64,000 bases of DNA from Octopus vulgaris. Lineage: Eukaryota. Below the pieces are notes generated by a model, which made no database searches, had not been told where the DNA came from, and saw nothing but the letters and a program-made list of their open reading frames with translations. Both the position numbers and the translations under genes were made by a program. The stretch is taken from the NCBI GenBank assembly GCA_951406725.2, contig OX597815.1, forward strand, positions 138,570,001 through 138,634,000. The letters are read 5' to 3'. Each line of letters opens with the position of its first letter. The first letter of the stretch is position 1. Shown piece by piece: positions 12,919 to 23,759 of this stretch.

Positions 12919-12971
<53 letters not shown>

Positions 12972-13295
12972 GTGGATTAACTGTTGAAGTGGACGGACGT
13001 CTATTTGTTTCTCTCCCAAGTCAGTAGCAAGCTACACAGCTTCAAGACTAACTGACCTTAAATATATATATATTTGTAACCACGTGTTTGCCTACAAACC
13101 CGTAAGTACGTTTTCATTTAACTACAAATTGTTATATACAACTGTTTTTCTTTTAATATCCTCAAACAACCAAATAATCAAAAACTCACACCCTTAAGAG
13201 AGAACATTTATATATATATACACTTCTTTAACTCCCAAGAAAGAATATATATATTTTCAAAAATCAAAAGGAAAACAAACAAAAGAAAAACAAAC

Positions 13296-14525
13296 ATGAC
13301 TAACTTGCAGGCCTGCAACAGACGAAATTGGTCTGATAACGAAATTGATGTTTTAATAAACACATGGCTCTCTCTTTCCCAAACAGAAAATCTAAATGTC
13401 TTGTGTTTGAATGAGATTGCCGAAAAAACATCACAAGTGGTCAACACACGATCCGTCAAACAGATTCGTAGCAAGTTGAAACATATCGAAGTATCTTTCA
13501 AACTGATAAGAGGCCATTATGAAAAGCTTCTACATATTTTCACAGTTCAAGAACAACAACAGCTAGAAAATCAGCAGCCACAACAACAACAACAACAGAA
13601 TGAGCCACTCCTGGTTCCCAGCACAATGGCTGACCCTGACATCGGTCAGGCACAACAACAACAACAACAGCCACAGCAACAAGAACAACAACAGCCACTC
13701 CTCAACTCTAGCTTACTAGACGATTCACTAAATGCCAGTATCTTTTCACCGCTCTCACAGCAACCACCACAATTATCATCATCATCATCACCACCGCTGC
13801 CACCATCGTCTTCTATCACCAAAAATACCGACAGAAAACCAAATAAGAAACCACTGCCCTCTTCCCCCACATCACCACCTCAATACTACTGCAGTAACAA
13901 AAACTTAAAGAAACATAGGAAGCAGAATGCGCCCCCCACGGCACAAACAAGAAATCCCCAAATATGCCGCTATTCACTGCGCCAGAGACTCTGCACAAAT
14001 AGTGACTGCATCTTCACGCATCTACCCGGCACTAGACGCACTACCGGCCAAGGCCAAAGCACGCATCCCACAATAACATCAACACCACCAAATAGTAAAT
14101 CGAAATTCAAAACACACACAACTCGGAGTCCCAAAATCTGCCGGTATTCCCAACGTGAGAGAACATGTCTACTGAGTGACTGTCCCTTCACTCATCTTCC
14201 AGGGACCCGACGCACAAACAGAAACGGGGCCTCAAGCCAACACACAAACCTGAATAACAATAAAAATAGAAACACACCATGCTGCAGTAATGCTGGTCCA
14301 GTCTTTTCAGGAAGACACAAAAACAACAACAACAAAAGTGGAAACTACAACCCTATCCAACAGTGCAACCACACCTCCAGCCAAAAACTGCTCCCTAAGC
14401 AGGAAAATTCTTTTTTAGCCATGTTGAACATGGCAAAAGAGATACACAAAAACATTCTAGCCATCACTCAACACCATCCTATGCTATTACCCCAGTGCAC
14501 CAATTCCCCACATTGCTGCCACTAA
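13296..14525 (+). CDS. LINE ORF1: Myb/SANT-like N-terminus, Q/P/S-rich linker, two CCCH zinc fingers
   Basis: RRNWSDNEIDVLINTW...RSVKQIRSKLKHI; CRYSLRQRLCTNSDCIFTH and CRYSQRERTCLLSDCPFTH. Confidence 0.8.
   Translation: MTNLQACNRRNWSDNEIDVLINTWLSLSQTENLNVLCLNEIAEKTSQVVNTRSVKQIRSKLKHIEVSFKLIRGHYEKLLHIFTVQEQQQLENQQPQQQQQQNEPLLVPSTMADPDIGQAQQQQQQPQQQEQQQPLLNSSLLDDSLNASIFSPLSQQPPQLSSSSSPPLPPSSSITKNTDRKPNKKPLPSSPTSPPQYYCSNKNLKKHRKQNAPPTAQTRNPQICRYSLRQRLCTNSDCIFTHLPGTRRTTGQGQSTHPTITSTPPNSKSKFKTHTTRSPKICRYSQRERTCLLSDCPFTHLPGTRRTNRNGASSQHTNLNNNKNRNTPCCSNAGPVFSGRHKNNNNKSGNYNPIQQCNHTSSQKLLPKQENSFLAMLNMAKEIHKNILAITQHHPMLLPQCTNSPHCCH
14411..14417 (+). promoter_or_regulatory. Candidate -1 frameshift slippery heptamer T_TTT_TTA (LINE copy 1)
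   Basis: In ORF1 frame (Ser-Phe-Leu). A -1 shift gives the ORF2 frame, which is closed just upstream by TAA at 14396. Confidence 0.55.
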
Positions 14526-14557
14526 CACACATAAAAAATCCAAGCCCCCTGCAATAG

Positions 14558-17515
14558 TCAAAACCAGCCACTACACTAACCTCCACATTCCTACTCAATG
14601 CACAAGGTGTCAGCCCTTCCATCAATGCACAAAAATGGAAGGTCCAATTCATTGAAGACTGCGTTGGTAACCATTCACACCACATCCCTTTCTTCATTCT
14701 CACTGAGACCCACCTTGACAACTCCCACTTGGAAGCCGAAGTGAGAGTGAAGAATTTCACAACCATCCGCGCGGATCGTATCGGCAGGAGGAAGGGTGGA
14801 ACTGCCATTTTCCTGCATGATTCATTTACGGCAGATGGAAATAGTATATTCTCCAACGGCTACTGTGAATCAGTCACCGTGCACAACAAAGCCAATGACC
14901 TGACAGTAATTGGGCTCTATAGGCCGCCCCAAACACCCATACTGTGCTTTAAAGAATGCCTCAACAGCATTAAGTGCTTTATTCAACAGTGCCATTCTAG
15001 CAACATACTCATGATGGGAGACTTCAATCTACCCTGTGTTGACTGGACTACAAACTGTTTGAAACCAAGCACTCCCGCCTCAACCGCTGACAAAGAAGCA
15101 GCAGAGTCACTTTTCGACTTTACGAATGAGTTTTTCTTGTCCCAACTTGTCCTTGCACCAACAAGACATCAGAACATTTTGGACCTAGTGTTTAGTAACC
15201 ACACTAACACTATACATAACGTTACAGTGAAAAAAACCCTTCTTTCAGACCATGACATGGTTCTCTGTAACATGAAATTCCACCAGCCGAAAGCTAATCC
15301 TAGTGACCTTCCTCCAGCCCACCCATTTGACAACATGGATCTCCATAAAGCCAACTGGGATGCAATCAGGAACGAGCTATCAAATGTTGACTGGTCCTTT
15401 ACACATACACACATCTCCACCAACCATAAAACATCTTGGCAGATCTTTGTAGACACCGTCACAGACATATGTGCAAAACACTCCCCACCAAGACCTGTGA
15501 ACAAAAAGTGCAGAATCCCCCAAAACAGAAAAATAAAAAGAACAAACAAAAAAATTAACAAACTAAAGTACTGCCAACAGCAACACACACATTCGACGGC
15601 TATCGCACTGCTTGAATCCAAAAAATATAACCTCCAACAATGCATGAAGACCCTCATCAATAACCAAAGATCAGCTGAGGAGAAGTGGGCCATTGAAAAA
15701 ATCAAACTCAACCCCAAAGTGTTCTTTTCATTTGCGAGGAAACGCAGGGTCACTGTCTCCACTGTAGGCCCTCTAATTGACGAAACTGGCACTCTCCAAG
15801 ATAATGCCAAATCCATGGCCGAGATACTGCAGAAACAATACTGCTCTGTTTTCAGCAATCCTGATATGGCCGATCTGGGCTGTATCAGTGATGTCAACCC
15901 CCAACACACTATATCGGACATAACGTTTAGTGCCCCTGATGTCTTAGCGGCGATAAACGAAATAAAACACAATTCAGCAGTAGGCCCCGATAGGTTCCCT
16001 GCTTGTGTCCTGAAGGTGTGTCGACACCAACTTGCATCTCCCCTTGCTAATCTGTGGAGAAACTCACTGGATGCTGGCTATATTCCAAAAAACCTTCTGT
16101 CCCAGTCTGTTGTCCCAGTTTTCAAAAAGGGAAACAAGTCCCTTGCAGTGAATTACCGTCCGATCTCACTCACCTCTCATATCATCAAGGTATTTGAGAG
16201 GGTGGTGAGATCTCGAATAACCCAATTTCTGGAAAGCAACAGACGGCTGATCTCCAACCAACATGGGTTCTGTAATGGAAGGGACTGCCTAACGCAGCTC
16301 CTGCATCACTTTGAGGACATTTTGAGAGCTTTGGGAGAGGGCTCCAACACCGATGTCATCTACCTTGATTTCAGTAAGGCCTTCGACAGGGTCGATCACA
16401 AGATCCTATTGAAAAAACTATCCAACATTGGTATCTCTGGAAAGTTACTGAAATGGATTAAGTGTTTCCTGACAGACAGATCTCAACATGTTGTAGTTGA
16501 AGGGGTAAAATCAAGCCCAGCCAAAGTCAGTAGTGGCGTTCCGCAAGGCACTGTGCTGGGCCCACTTCTTTTCATCATTTACATTAATGACATTAATGAC
16601 ATCATCAAGCACAGCAACATAAAAATCTTTGCAGATGACTCCAAGCTACAGAAGGTCATAAATGAGGCGAGTGACCGGACATGCCTTCAGTCAGATCTAC
16701 TGGCTGTTATCCAATGGGCAGAAAAAAACAATATGCTGCTGAACGAGGATAAATTTGAGCTAATCCACTTTGGAAAAGAGGATGCCCTGAAACTCCCATA
16801 CTCCCTTCCTTCAGGTGAAACTCTCGTGGCGTCCAACAACATCAGAGACTTGGGAGTAATTGTGGACAACAACGTAAGCTGGGCCACTCATATAAACACC
16901 AAAGTTGACATGGCCCGCAGAATGTGTTCCTGGATTCTCAGAACTTTCCAGTCGAGAGATATCCACACCATTATCCTTCTCTTTTCCACTTTTGCCCGAC
17001 CCCACCTTGAATACTGTTGTCCACTGTGGTCTCCCCACACAATACAAGGTATCATAAAAGTTGAAGCACCTCAAAGGGCAATCACAAAAAAGATAGATGG
17101 CATGACAGGCCTCGACTATTGGGGTCGGCTAGAAAAGCTAAAACTCTATTCTCTCCAACGTCGTCGTGAGCGCTACATCATCTGCATGATGTGGAAAATA
17201 TTCCATCAGCATTGCCCAAATGATGTTGGCATCACCTTTAAGGTACATCCAAGGCTTGGGCCCCGTGCCATCCGCCCAAAACAAAAATCGCACTCTCATC
17301 TCATAACAACAATACGGCACAATTATTTCACCTCAATTGGCCCCGCTCTCTTTAACATTACACCAAAACACATTAAAACAGAAACTGACCCTATAGGGTT
17401 CAAGAAGTCTTTGGACAGATTCCTTCAAGAAATCCCGGATAAACCCCCTACACCTGGATATGTCTCTGTAAACAATAACTCTCTACTTGAGTGGGCCATA
17501 GTGCCCAAATTCTGA
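14558..17515 (+). CDS. LINE ORF2: APE endonuclease + reverse transcriptase
   Basis: Frame is open from 14558 with no ATG before the APE start (LLNAQG, LTETHL, YRPP, MGDFN, LDL, SDH). RT motifs NYRPISLTS, LDFSKAFD, GVPQGTVLGP, FADD, RPHLEYC..LWSP. Confidence 0.9.
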   Translation, partial: SKPATTLTSTFLLNAQGVSPSINAQKWKVQFIEDCVGNHSHHIPFFILTETHLDNSHLEAEVRVKNFTTIRADRIGRRKGGTAIFLHDSFTADGNSIFSNGYCESVTVHNKANDLTVIGLYRPPQTPILCFKECLNSIKCFIQQCHSSNILMMGDFNLPCVDWTTNCLKPSTPASTADKEAAESLFDFTNEFFLSQLVLAPTRHQNILDLVFSNHTNTIHNVTVKKTLLSDHDMVLCNMKFHQPKANPSDLPPAHPFDNMDLHKANWDAIRNELSNVDWSFTHTHISTNHKTSWQIFVDTVTDICAKHSPPRPVNKKCRIPQNRKIKRTNKKINKLKYCQQQHTHSTAIALLESKKYNLQQCMKTLINNQRSAEEKWAIEKIKLNPKVFFSFARKRRVTVSTVGPLIDETGTLQDNAKSMAEILQKQYCSVFSNPDMADLGCISDVNPQHTISDITFSAPDVLAAINEIKHNSAVGPDRFPACVLKVCRHQLASPLANLWRNSLDAGYIPKNLLSQSVVPVFKKGNKSLAVNYRPISLTSHIIKVFERVVRSRITQFLESNRRLISNQHGFCNGRDCLTQLLHHFEDILRALGEGSNTDVIYLDFSKAFDRVDHKILLKKLSNIGISGKLLKWIKCFLTDRSQHVVVEGVKSSPAKVSSGVPQGTVLGPLLFIIYINDINDIIKHSNIKIFADDSKLQKVINEASDRTCLQSDLLAVIQWAEKNNMLLNEDKFELIHFGKEDALKLPYSLPSGETLVASNNIRDLGVIVDNNVSWATHINTKVDMARRMCSWILRTFQSRDIHTIILLFSTFARPHLEYCCPLWSPHTIQGIIKVEAPQRAITKKIDGMTGLDYWGRLEKLKLYSLQRRRERYIICMMWKIFHQHCPNDVGITFKVHPRLGPRAIRPKQKSHSHLITTIRHNYFTSIGPALFNITPKHIKTETDPIGFKKSLDRFLQEIPDKPPTPGYVSVNNNSLLEWAIVPKF

Positions 17516-17530
17516 CTTGAAAGACTTCAC

Positions 17531-17596
17531 CAGGTGGTGCTATTAAGTTAGACATGGCCTGGGCCAATAATGGCCGAAACCTATCAAAGTATCAAA

Positions 17597-17599
<3 letters not shown>
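17531..17599 (+). promoter_or_regulatory. Conserved LINE 3' end structure (two stems + GAAAC + short tandem repeat)
   Basis: AGGTGGTGC..CATGGCC-TG-GGCCA ataa TGGCC-GAAAC. Covaries with 41355-41428. Confidence 0.7.
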
Positions 17600-17669
<70 letters not shown>

Positions 17670-17671
<2 letters not shown>

Positions 17672-17844
17672 CATATATACGACGGACCTCTTTCAGTTTC
17701 CATCTACCAAATCCACTCACGAGGCTTTGGTCGGCCCGAGGCAATAGCAGAAGACACTTTCCCAAGGTGCCACGCAGTGGGACTGAACCCGGAACCATGC
17801 GGTTCGTAAGCAAGCTACTTACCACACAGCCACTCCTACGCCTA
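17670..17844 (-). mobile_element. tRNA-derived SINE family A, 5' half (partner of 6985-7246)
   Basis: Minus strand reads TGGCTGTGTGGTAAG (A box-like), GGTTCAGTCCC (B box-like), caccttgggaaagtg (CORE-like). Continues the SINE interrupted at ~7246. Confidence 0.85.
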
Positions 17845-17889
17845 TATAGGAGTAGACTTTTGTGGATCAAAAGTGCTCCAATGAAGTGT

Positions 17890-18900
17890 CATAGGACCAG
17901 TTAACTTCGATGAAGGAAGCAGCAAGAGAACATAGTACATCTTTGTGAGTTGAATATCTCTGTGACTGATATTATGCCAATCAGACGAATGTTTTTTCTT
18001 GAAATTTGGCCTAGCATATCAGTATGCGTGTAGTATTCCCATCATCCTATATGTAGAAAGAGTATTCTCTCGTAGATCTCACCTGAGTTCTGTAGATAGG
18101 TTGTAGTTGCTGGGGGGGGGGATGGGGCTTGAAATGTCTTCTAGCACGAAATGGAAGTGACACTACTTACGATACAGTTATGAAAGTGGTTGCGTTTTCG
18201 TCATAGTAGCTTCACAATGATAGTAAACTTATCCTTTTGGAGCGATCACAAGGTTTTTCTTTAAGGAAGTGAGGAATAGTGATATTTCCATGATGTATCA
18301 AGTATTTGTGTTGTTTTGATGATGAAGAAGGCAAGGTTGGAGTAACTCTGTTGGAAGATATTTAAGAGCCCCTTGTTCATGGATTGGTAAACATTTGTCA
18401 TAAGTTGTCTAGGTTATATCTTGATTCCATGTGCGTGAAGAAATTTAAGGAAAGATTGAATGCTATCGTCATTTGAGTAATATAGTATGTTATTGACGGC
18501 AATTGAATCAGTCATGTGTGAGAGAAAGATAGAACCGAAAACTGGGGCACACTAATATTGATTTCAAATTTTAGCAAAAGGTCAGTAATTTCGGGACAGT
18601 GGACTAGTCGATAACATCGACCCCAGTACTCGACTGGTACTTATTTTATAGATCTCGAAATAATTAAAGTTAAAGTCAATCTTGGCGGAATTTGAACTCA
18701 GAACGTAAAGACGTGCGAAATGCCGCGATGTCGGCATGTTAATCGGCGTACTAATGATTCTGTTAGCTCATCGTCTTATGCGGCATACTAATATTAACAT
18801 TCATGTACGTTAAAGAAAGTTCCATCAGAACAGCCTGAAATTGTATATACTTTGAATGGAAACTGTCGTAATGGCTGTAGTCACAAATAACTCTAAATTA
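17890..18900 (-). pseudogene. Old CR1/L2-like RT remnant
   Basis: Degenerate VPQ.SVL and YARP..-like traces on the minus strand, interrupted by a SINE. Confidence 0.35.
18560..18781 (-). mobile_element. tRNA-derived SINE family B with ~14-bp TSD
   Basis: GAGTTCAAATTCC B box-like motif on minus strand. TSD ggca(c/t)actaatatt at 18546-18559 and 18782-18795. Confidence 0.8.
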
Positions 18901-19596
18901 ACAACATATTTATAGCAGCAGTAGCATAGAAAATATTATAGACTACAGAAAACAAAAATCAGTAAAGAAAGAATTATCAACACTGATTATCTTTCTATTC
19001 ATACGTAATGTGGACATTTAAATGGAATAAACAAATGAATTATTACATCATTCTGTGTAATCCATTGTTACAGTGATAAGAAGTTCGCTTTATACAGATA
19101 GGTAAATTATACGACAGGTTTTATTATTCATATTTTTTTTTATGTTATAATTTTTTTCTTTTTCTTGAGGGAAGTGATAACCCCATCAAAATAAAAGCAA
19201 TTATATCTACTCAAGACTATTCTCATAATTTCATCTTTCCTCCTCTCAAGAATGCCCCCAGAAGGCAATGCTATCTAATTCACAAAACTAGCTGTGTATT
19301 TGACTAGTTGTCTTTTCAGACAATGAACTATCGAACACCCTAACATTTTAAGTGAAGATTTTCTAAGTGTGACAATTTCCAATTCCTCCAGTGTATCTGC
19401 ATGACAAATCAATTTATCCAGCAATTTCTTTAATCTTCATGTATACAGTATAGTGAAAAATGTTGAAATACACACATTTCAAAAACAGGTTTTATTCAAT
19501 TTCAACTTTTCTATAAAAAAAAAAAGAAACAACAAACAAACAAACCTCGTTTTTATTAGTTTTATGTCATTTTCTCAGGACTAGAAATATTTGATT

Positions 19597-19999
19597 TACT
19601 CTTTTACTTGTTTCAGTCATTTGACTGGGGCCATGCTGGAGCAGCGCCTTTAGTCGAGCAAATCGACCCCGGACTCATTCTTTGTAAGCCTAGTACTTAT
19701 TCTATCGGTCTCTTTTGACGAACCGCTAAGTTACGGGGACGTAAACACACCAGCATCGGTTGTCAAGCGATGTTGCAGGGGGGGGGGGGGCAAACACAGA
19801 CACACATACATACATATATATATATATACATATATACGACGGGCTTCTTTCAGTTTCCGTCAACCAAATCCACTCACAAGGCTTTGGTCGGCCCGAGGCT
19901 AGAGTAGAAAACACTTGCCCATGGTGCCACGTAATGGTACTGAACCTGGAACCATGTGGTTAGTAAGCAAGCTACTTACCACACAGCCATCCTACGCCT
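19597..19999 (-). mobile_element. tRNA-derived SINE family A, intact copy
   Basis: tRNA-like head, CORE-like segment, internal (TA)/(TG) tract, LINE-like 3' tail. Confidence 0.88.
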
Positions 20000-22209
20000 T
20001 ATCTATAGCGAATTTAGGTTTGTGTTGATTCAATATCAGACTTCGCATTTTTGTGAATTTCAGATGTTGTAAAACAGCTTTGGGTTATAGCCGCAGGTTT
20101 TCACTGACAGCAAATCTTAATGTATGTAGGCTACATCATAAAATGTCCCATTCATTTTACGATGATAGAGTGTACTTTAAGGAGGTTATGATTCAACGTG
20201 ATTGATTGCAAAGTGGCTTCTTAACCTGTCCTGAAGTAAGATAACATTGAAGGATCAAATGTTAGGGAATCGTCTTAGCCAATGCTTTTAAAAAAATGTT
20301 TTTCTTTGAGCGGCAATGACTCTAAGTACATTTGCACAACTAACATTAAAAATTTATATGTTTTTTATTGTGCATTATATGCAGCATACTAAAATTGTAT
20401 AAAAGGGACATAAAGAGATTAAATTTTGAAATTAATTTATCTAGAGTATTCTATGCAAAAATCCATAAAAGGATATTTGTAAATATTTGTTCTAGTATAG
20501 ATTTTTATAACAATCTAACTCAATTGTATATTTTAATGTAATACTGTACCTTTGATTTAACACACGTGTAGCTTATAATACGTTATGTCTTCATAAGAAT
20601 TTTAGAAGCTAAATGACATTTGGTATTGCTAAAATATGTAAAATGAGTGGTAAATCTTCAGGAGTATTCGTTTAAATTAACAGCACTGTATGCTATAAGT
20701 GGCCGTACTTAACAGTCAAACAGCACTCTGAAGCGTTTCTATTCTGTTCAGCAAAGGATTTTAAAATGTGACGAAAGACAAGTGCATTAATACTTAATTT
20801 TTGAATATCAATTTAACATGAGAGCATGTGATGGAGATTTAGTACCAGCAGGTTAATGATTATGGCGAATATCTAGAAAGAATTTAGAAAGAATTCAATC
20901 TCTGCTCATGTGTTTTACTTTGGACATGACATGCTATTTTCGTTAATGTAGGATAAAATGATGCCTAATAAATTCTGCCAAGCATTGCCAGTTCAGAAGT
21001 ACCATGGAAGGGTACAAACTCTGGATTTTATAATATAAATAGATTCTATCGCAAAATGTTAACAAGCTAAAAGCTATTATTTCTGGGCCACTGTGAGGTA
21101 TAATCAACAAATTGCAGTAGCTATTTATATACAGATCGATACTGATGAGAAGAATAGAACTTAATTCATTGTTTAGCTCACCATCCACCTTTGCTGGGTT
21201 ATTCCTATTTTACTCATACTACACTCGCTGTCCCCTGAAAATTTCACTCTCAAGAAATACAATACAGTAAAGAGGCATCATTGTTCTACAATGTAGATAG
21301 TTAGAGTACACTAGTTACTATATCTTCCTCCATACATATCAATCATCGTTGGGTAAGGTTAGAGATTCACGTATCTGTACAATGTGGAGTATTGGCAAGC
21401 AATTGAATAGAAGCAATTGAGTGATTTAATAAAATATTTAGTAAAATTAGATTCACTTCGTTATTCGAATGAATCAGTTAGGGTTCAATTTATTTCTCGC
21501 AAATAGCGAACGAGATTAAATTCATGCCATGATGAATAATTGAATAAAGATTCAATTGTAAATTGATGAAATAAAAGAATTGTAAAGGTTAGAAAGTGTT
21601 ATTCTCTAACTTAGAAAAATATCGGTACGTCTGTCTAGATTAAATGGAAATGATCAACAAAGTATCTAGCTTAGCAAATAAGGAACAAGAACTTTACTGG
21701 TGAGAAAACATTTTGTGGTGCTTGTTGATTAATCTAACAACGGAAATAATTAAGTTATTTCATAAATTAGCAGCAGAAGGGACGGTGCCCCTGGTTATTG
21801 CATGCAATCCAAGGCCGTTGCGATACATGCAGTAAACTAAAGTATAGAATCACAGTTTCCCAAAAGTGGTTCATACATGTCTAAAACATAGAGAAATTAT
21901 ATGTCCTAAAGTATCCGGAGAAAATTATTCCCTACGTACAAGCAATTTAGCAGTTTTAATCCACCTCTGAAACCACTTTACTGTTACCAGCAAAAATGCA
22001 ATATCTCAGTTAGTGCATAACATAGCTTGTGCGCATACCTACCACCAAATCTTCAGCTGAATATTTTGATCCCTAAAGTCAGTTTAATCATAGCTGAAAT
22101 GGCCTTGACTATAAATCAGTTTGGTCAGTGCTCGTCTAGTGCTAACCAGCATAAAGAAGAACGACTAATATATAGAACTATAGTTATACAGCAATCTTAG
22201 CATGTAATA

Positions 22210-22402
22210 TATCCTTTCTACTATAGGTATAATGCCTGAACTTTTGGGCTAGTCAATTACATGACACCATTGGACAGCTGGTATATATTTTATAGACCCC
22301 AAAAGGAAGAAAGGCAAAGTTGATCTCGGAGAAATTTAAGTTCAGAATTTGAAGGTGGACGAAATGCTAAGTATTTTGACCAGGCTCCTAACGATTCGCT
22401 GC
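22210..22402 (-). mobile_element. SINE family B, decayed
   Basis: gaccccaaaaggaagaaaggcaaagttgatctcgg matches the family B body. Confidence 0.7.
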
Positions 22403-22684
22403 CCTAATCCTAGTGTGTAATATGGCATAGAAGAATGAGAAGTGTGATGCTCAGTGTGGACCTCTTAGTTAAAAAAATTGTAAAATATTGTAAATTGTAA
22501 CAGGGTTACCTCAAGATGTGTCTTTCTGAAAGAACAATGTTATAGAGAAGTAGAGGGTCGGCTGGCTCTGTCTCTCTTCTCCCATCCTTATCATCCTGTA
22601 TTATTATCCTTCGCCTCATCAATGTCTTGTCAACCCCGCAAAGCTACCCATCTTTGTACTGCCTCTATGGCAAATTTGATAAAA

Positions 22685-22945
22685 TATAGTAGTTAGAGTG
22701 TTGCACTCACGATCGCTAGGTCATGATTTCAATTTCTAGACAAGGTGGTGCGTTGAGTTCTTGAATCAAACACTTCATTTCACCCTGCTGTGCGATCACT
22801 TCAACACCGGACGCGTGGTGCACCGAGCGCCTGTTCAGGCAACGTCAATTTGATGGAGAGAGTGAGCTAATGTGCGGCAATAAGATTTGAACAATATAAA
22901 CAAGTCTTTTGTGCAGGTCGCTCAGCAAAAGCTGAACACTCACAC
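22685..22945 (+). mobile_element. tRNA-derived SINE, third family (decayed)
   Basis: tRNA-like head (gtagttagagtg...gatttcaatttc) followed by gcgttgagttcttgaatcaaacacttc. Confidence 0.45.
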
Positions 22946-23067
22946 CACCAGCTCGTTGATAATTAATTGGTTGCAAATACTCTGATCATTGACGCATGTT
23001 ACTAATTGAATTGGTTAGTCGTAATCTGGAATATACCTGAGAGCTATCACATTATATCTATCCATCC

Positions 23068-23173
<106 letters not shown>

Positions 23174-23210
23174 TTTTCTATCTATTTATCTATCTATCTA
23201 TTTGTGTGTT

Positions 23211-23264
<54 letters not shown>

Positions 23265-23267
23265 TGT

Positions 23268-23660
23268 AGCGTGTCCGTTATTAGGCCGATGTCTTACCCA
23301 GAATGTAATATATAAATGTACTATAATAATAACTAAAACTAATAATTATATATATCTTGGATGTTCAATTAATTTTAAACAGCGTTTATACAACCACATG
23401 TCGTCTTTTAAACTTAAACATAAGGCGAATTGTACGTCATTATCCAATATGATTTGGGAATTGAAGGAAAGTGGAATTGGGTTTACCCTCAAATGGGAAA
23501 TAATAAGAAAAGCACAGCCTTATTGAAATAACAGATATGGGTGTGAACTGTGTTCTATGGAAACATGAATTTTTAAGCATAAGGATAATGGAAACCTGAT
23601 TAATAATCGATTAGACCTTACGGTACATAGTGTCATCCGTACCTTTAAATATTTTAGAAA
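23268..23660 (+). pseudogene. Penelope-like GIY-YIG endonuclease 3' fragment
   Basis: CPLLGRCLTQNVIYKC...YLGCSINFKQRLYNH..SF...TSLS..IWELK...W.II...C.LC. Begins directly after (TA)n. Confidence 0.8.
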
Positions 23661-23759
23661 GTAGCACTTAATTGATCTTGTGATATAAAACCTATAATGT
23701 ACCTCTTAGTTTAAAATCAGTGCATAGTTTTTAATGTCTTACAGCATAAATATTCCTTT

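Larger units (their letters stand above)
7247..12926 (+). mobile_element. Penelope-like element (Neptune-type architecture): inverted pLTR, 5'-truncated ORF, pLTR, short tail
   Basis: RT + GIY-YIG ORF between ~1.9-kb inverted repeats. Hammerhead near each outer end. ~38-nt unique tail at 12889-12926. Flanked by (TA)n. Confidence 0.9.
12971..17599 (+). mobile_element. Near full-length CR1-group LINE (copy 1) inserted in (TA)n
   Basis: 5' UTR, ORF1, APE-RT ORF2, 3' stem-loop and (TATCAAAG)2 tail. (TA)n on both sides. Confidence 0.92.

Noticed and set aside
15169-15972. 267-aa antisense ORF within LINE ORF2
   Set aside because: Expected shadow of an A/C-rich sense ORF. No motifs, and not preserved at this length in copy 2.
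17557-17582. Stem + GAAAC at LINE and SINE 3' ends as a hammerhead half
   Set aside because: No CUGAnGA or UUGAnAA core upstream and no stem I/III. Better explained as an RT recognition structure.
23521-23570. In-frame TGA codons in the GIY-YIG fragment as selenocysteine
   Set aside because: They are not at conserved Cys positions, the fragment is decayed, and no convincing SECIS is seen.
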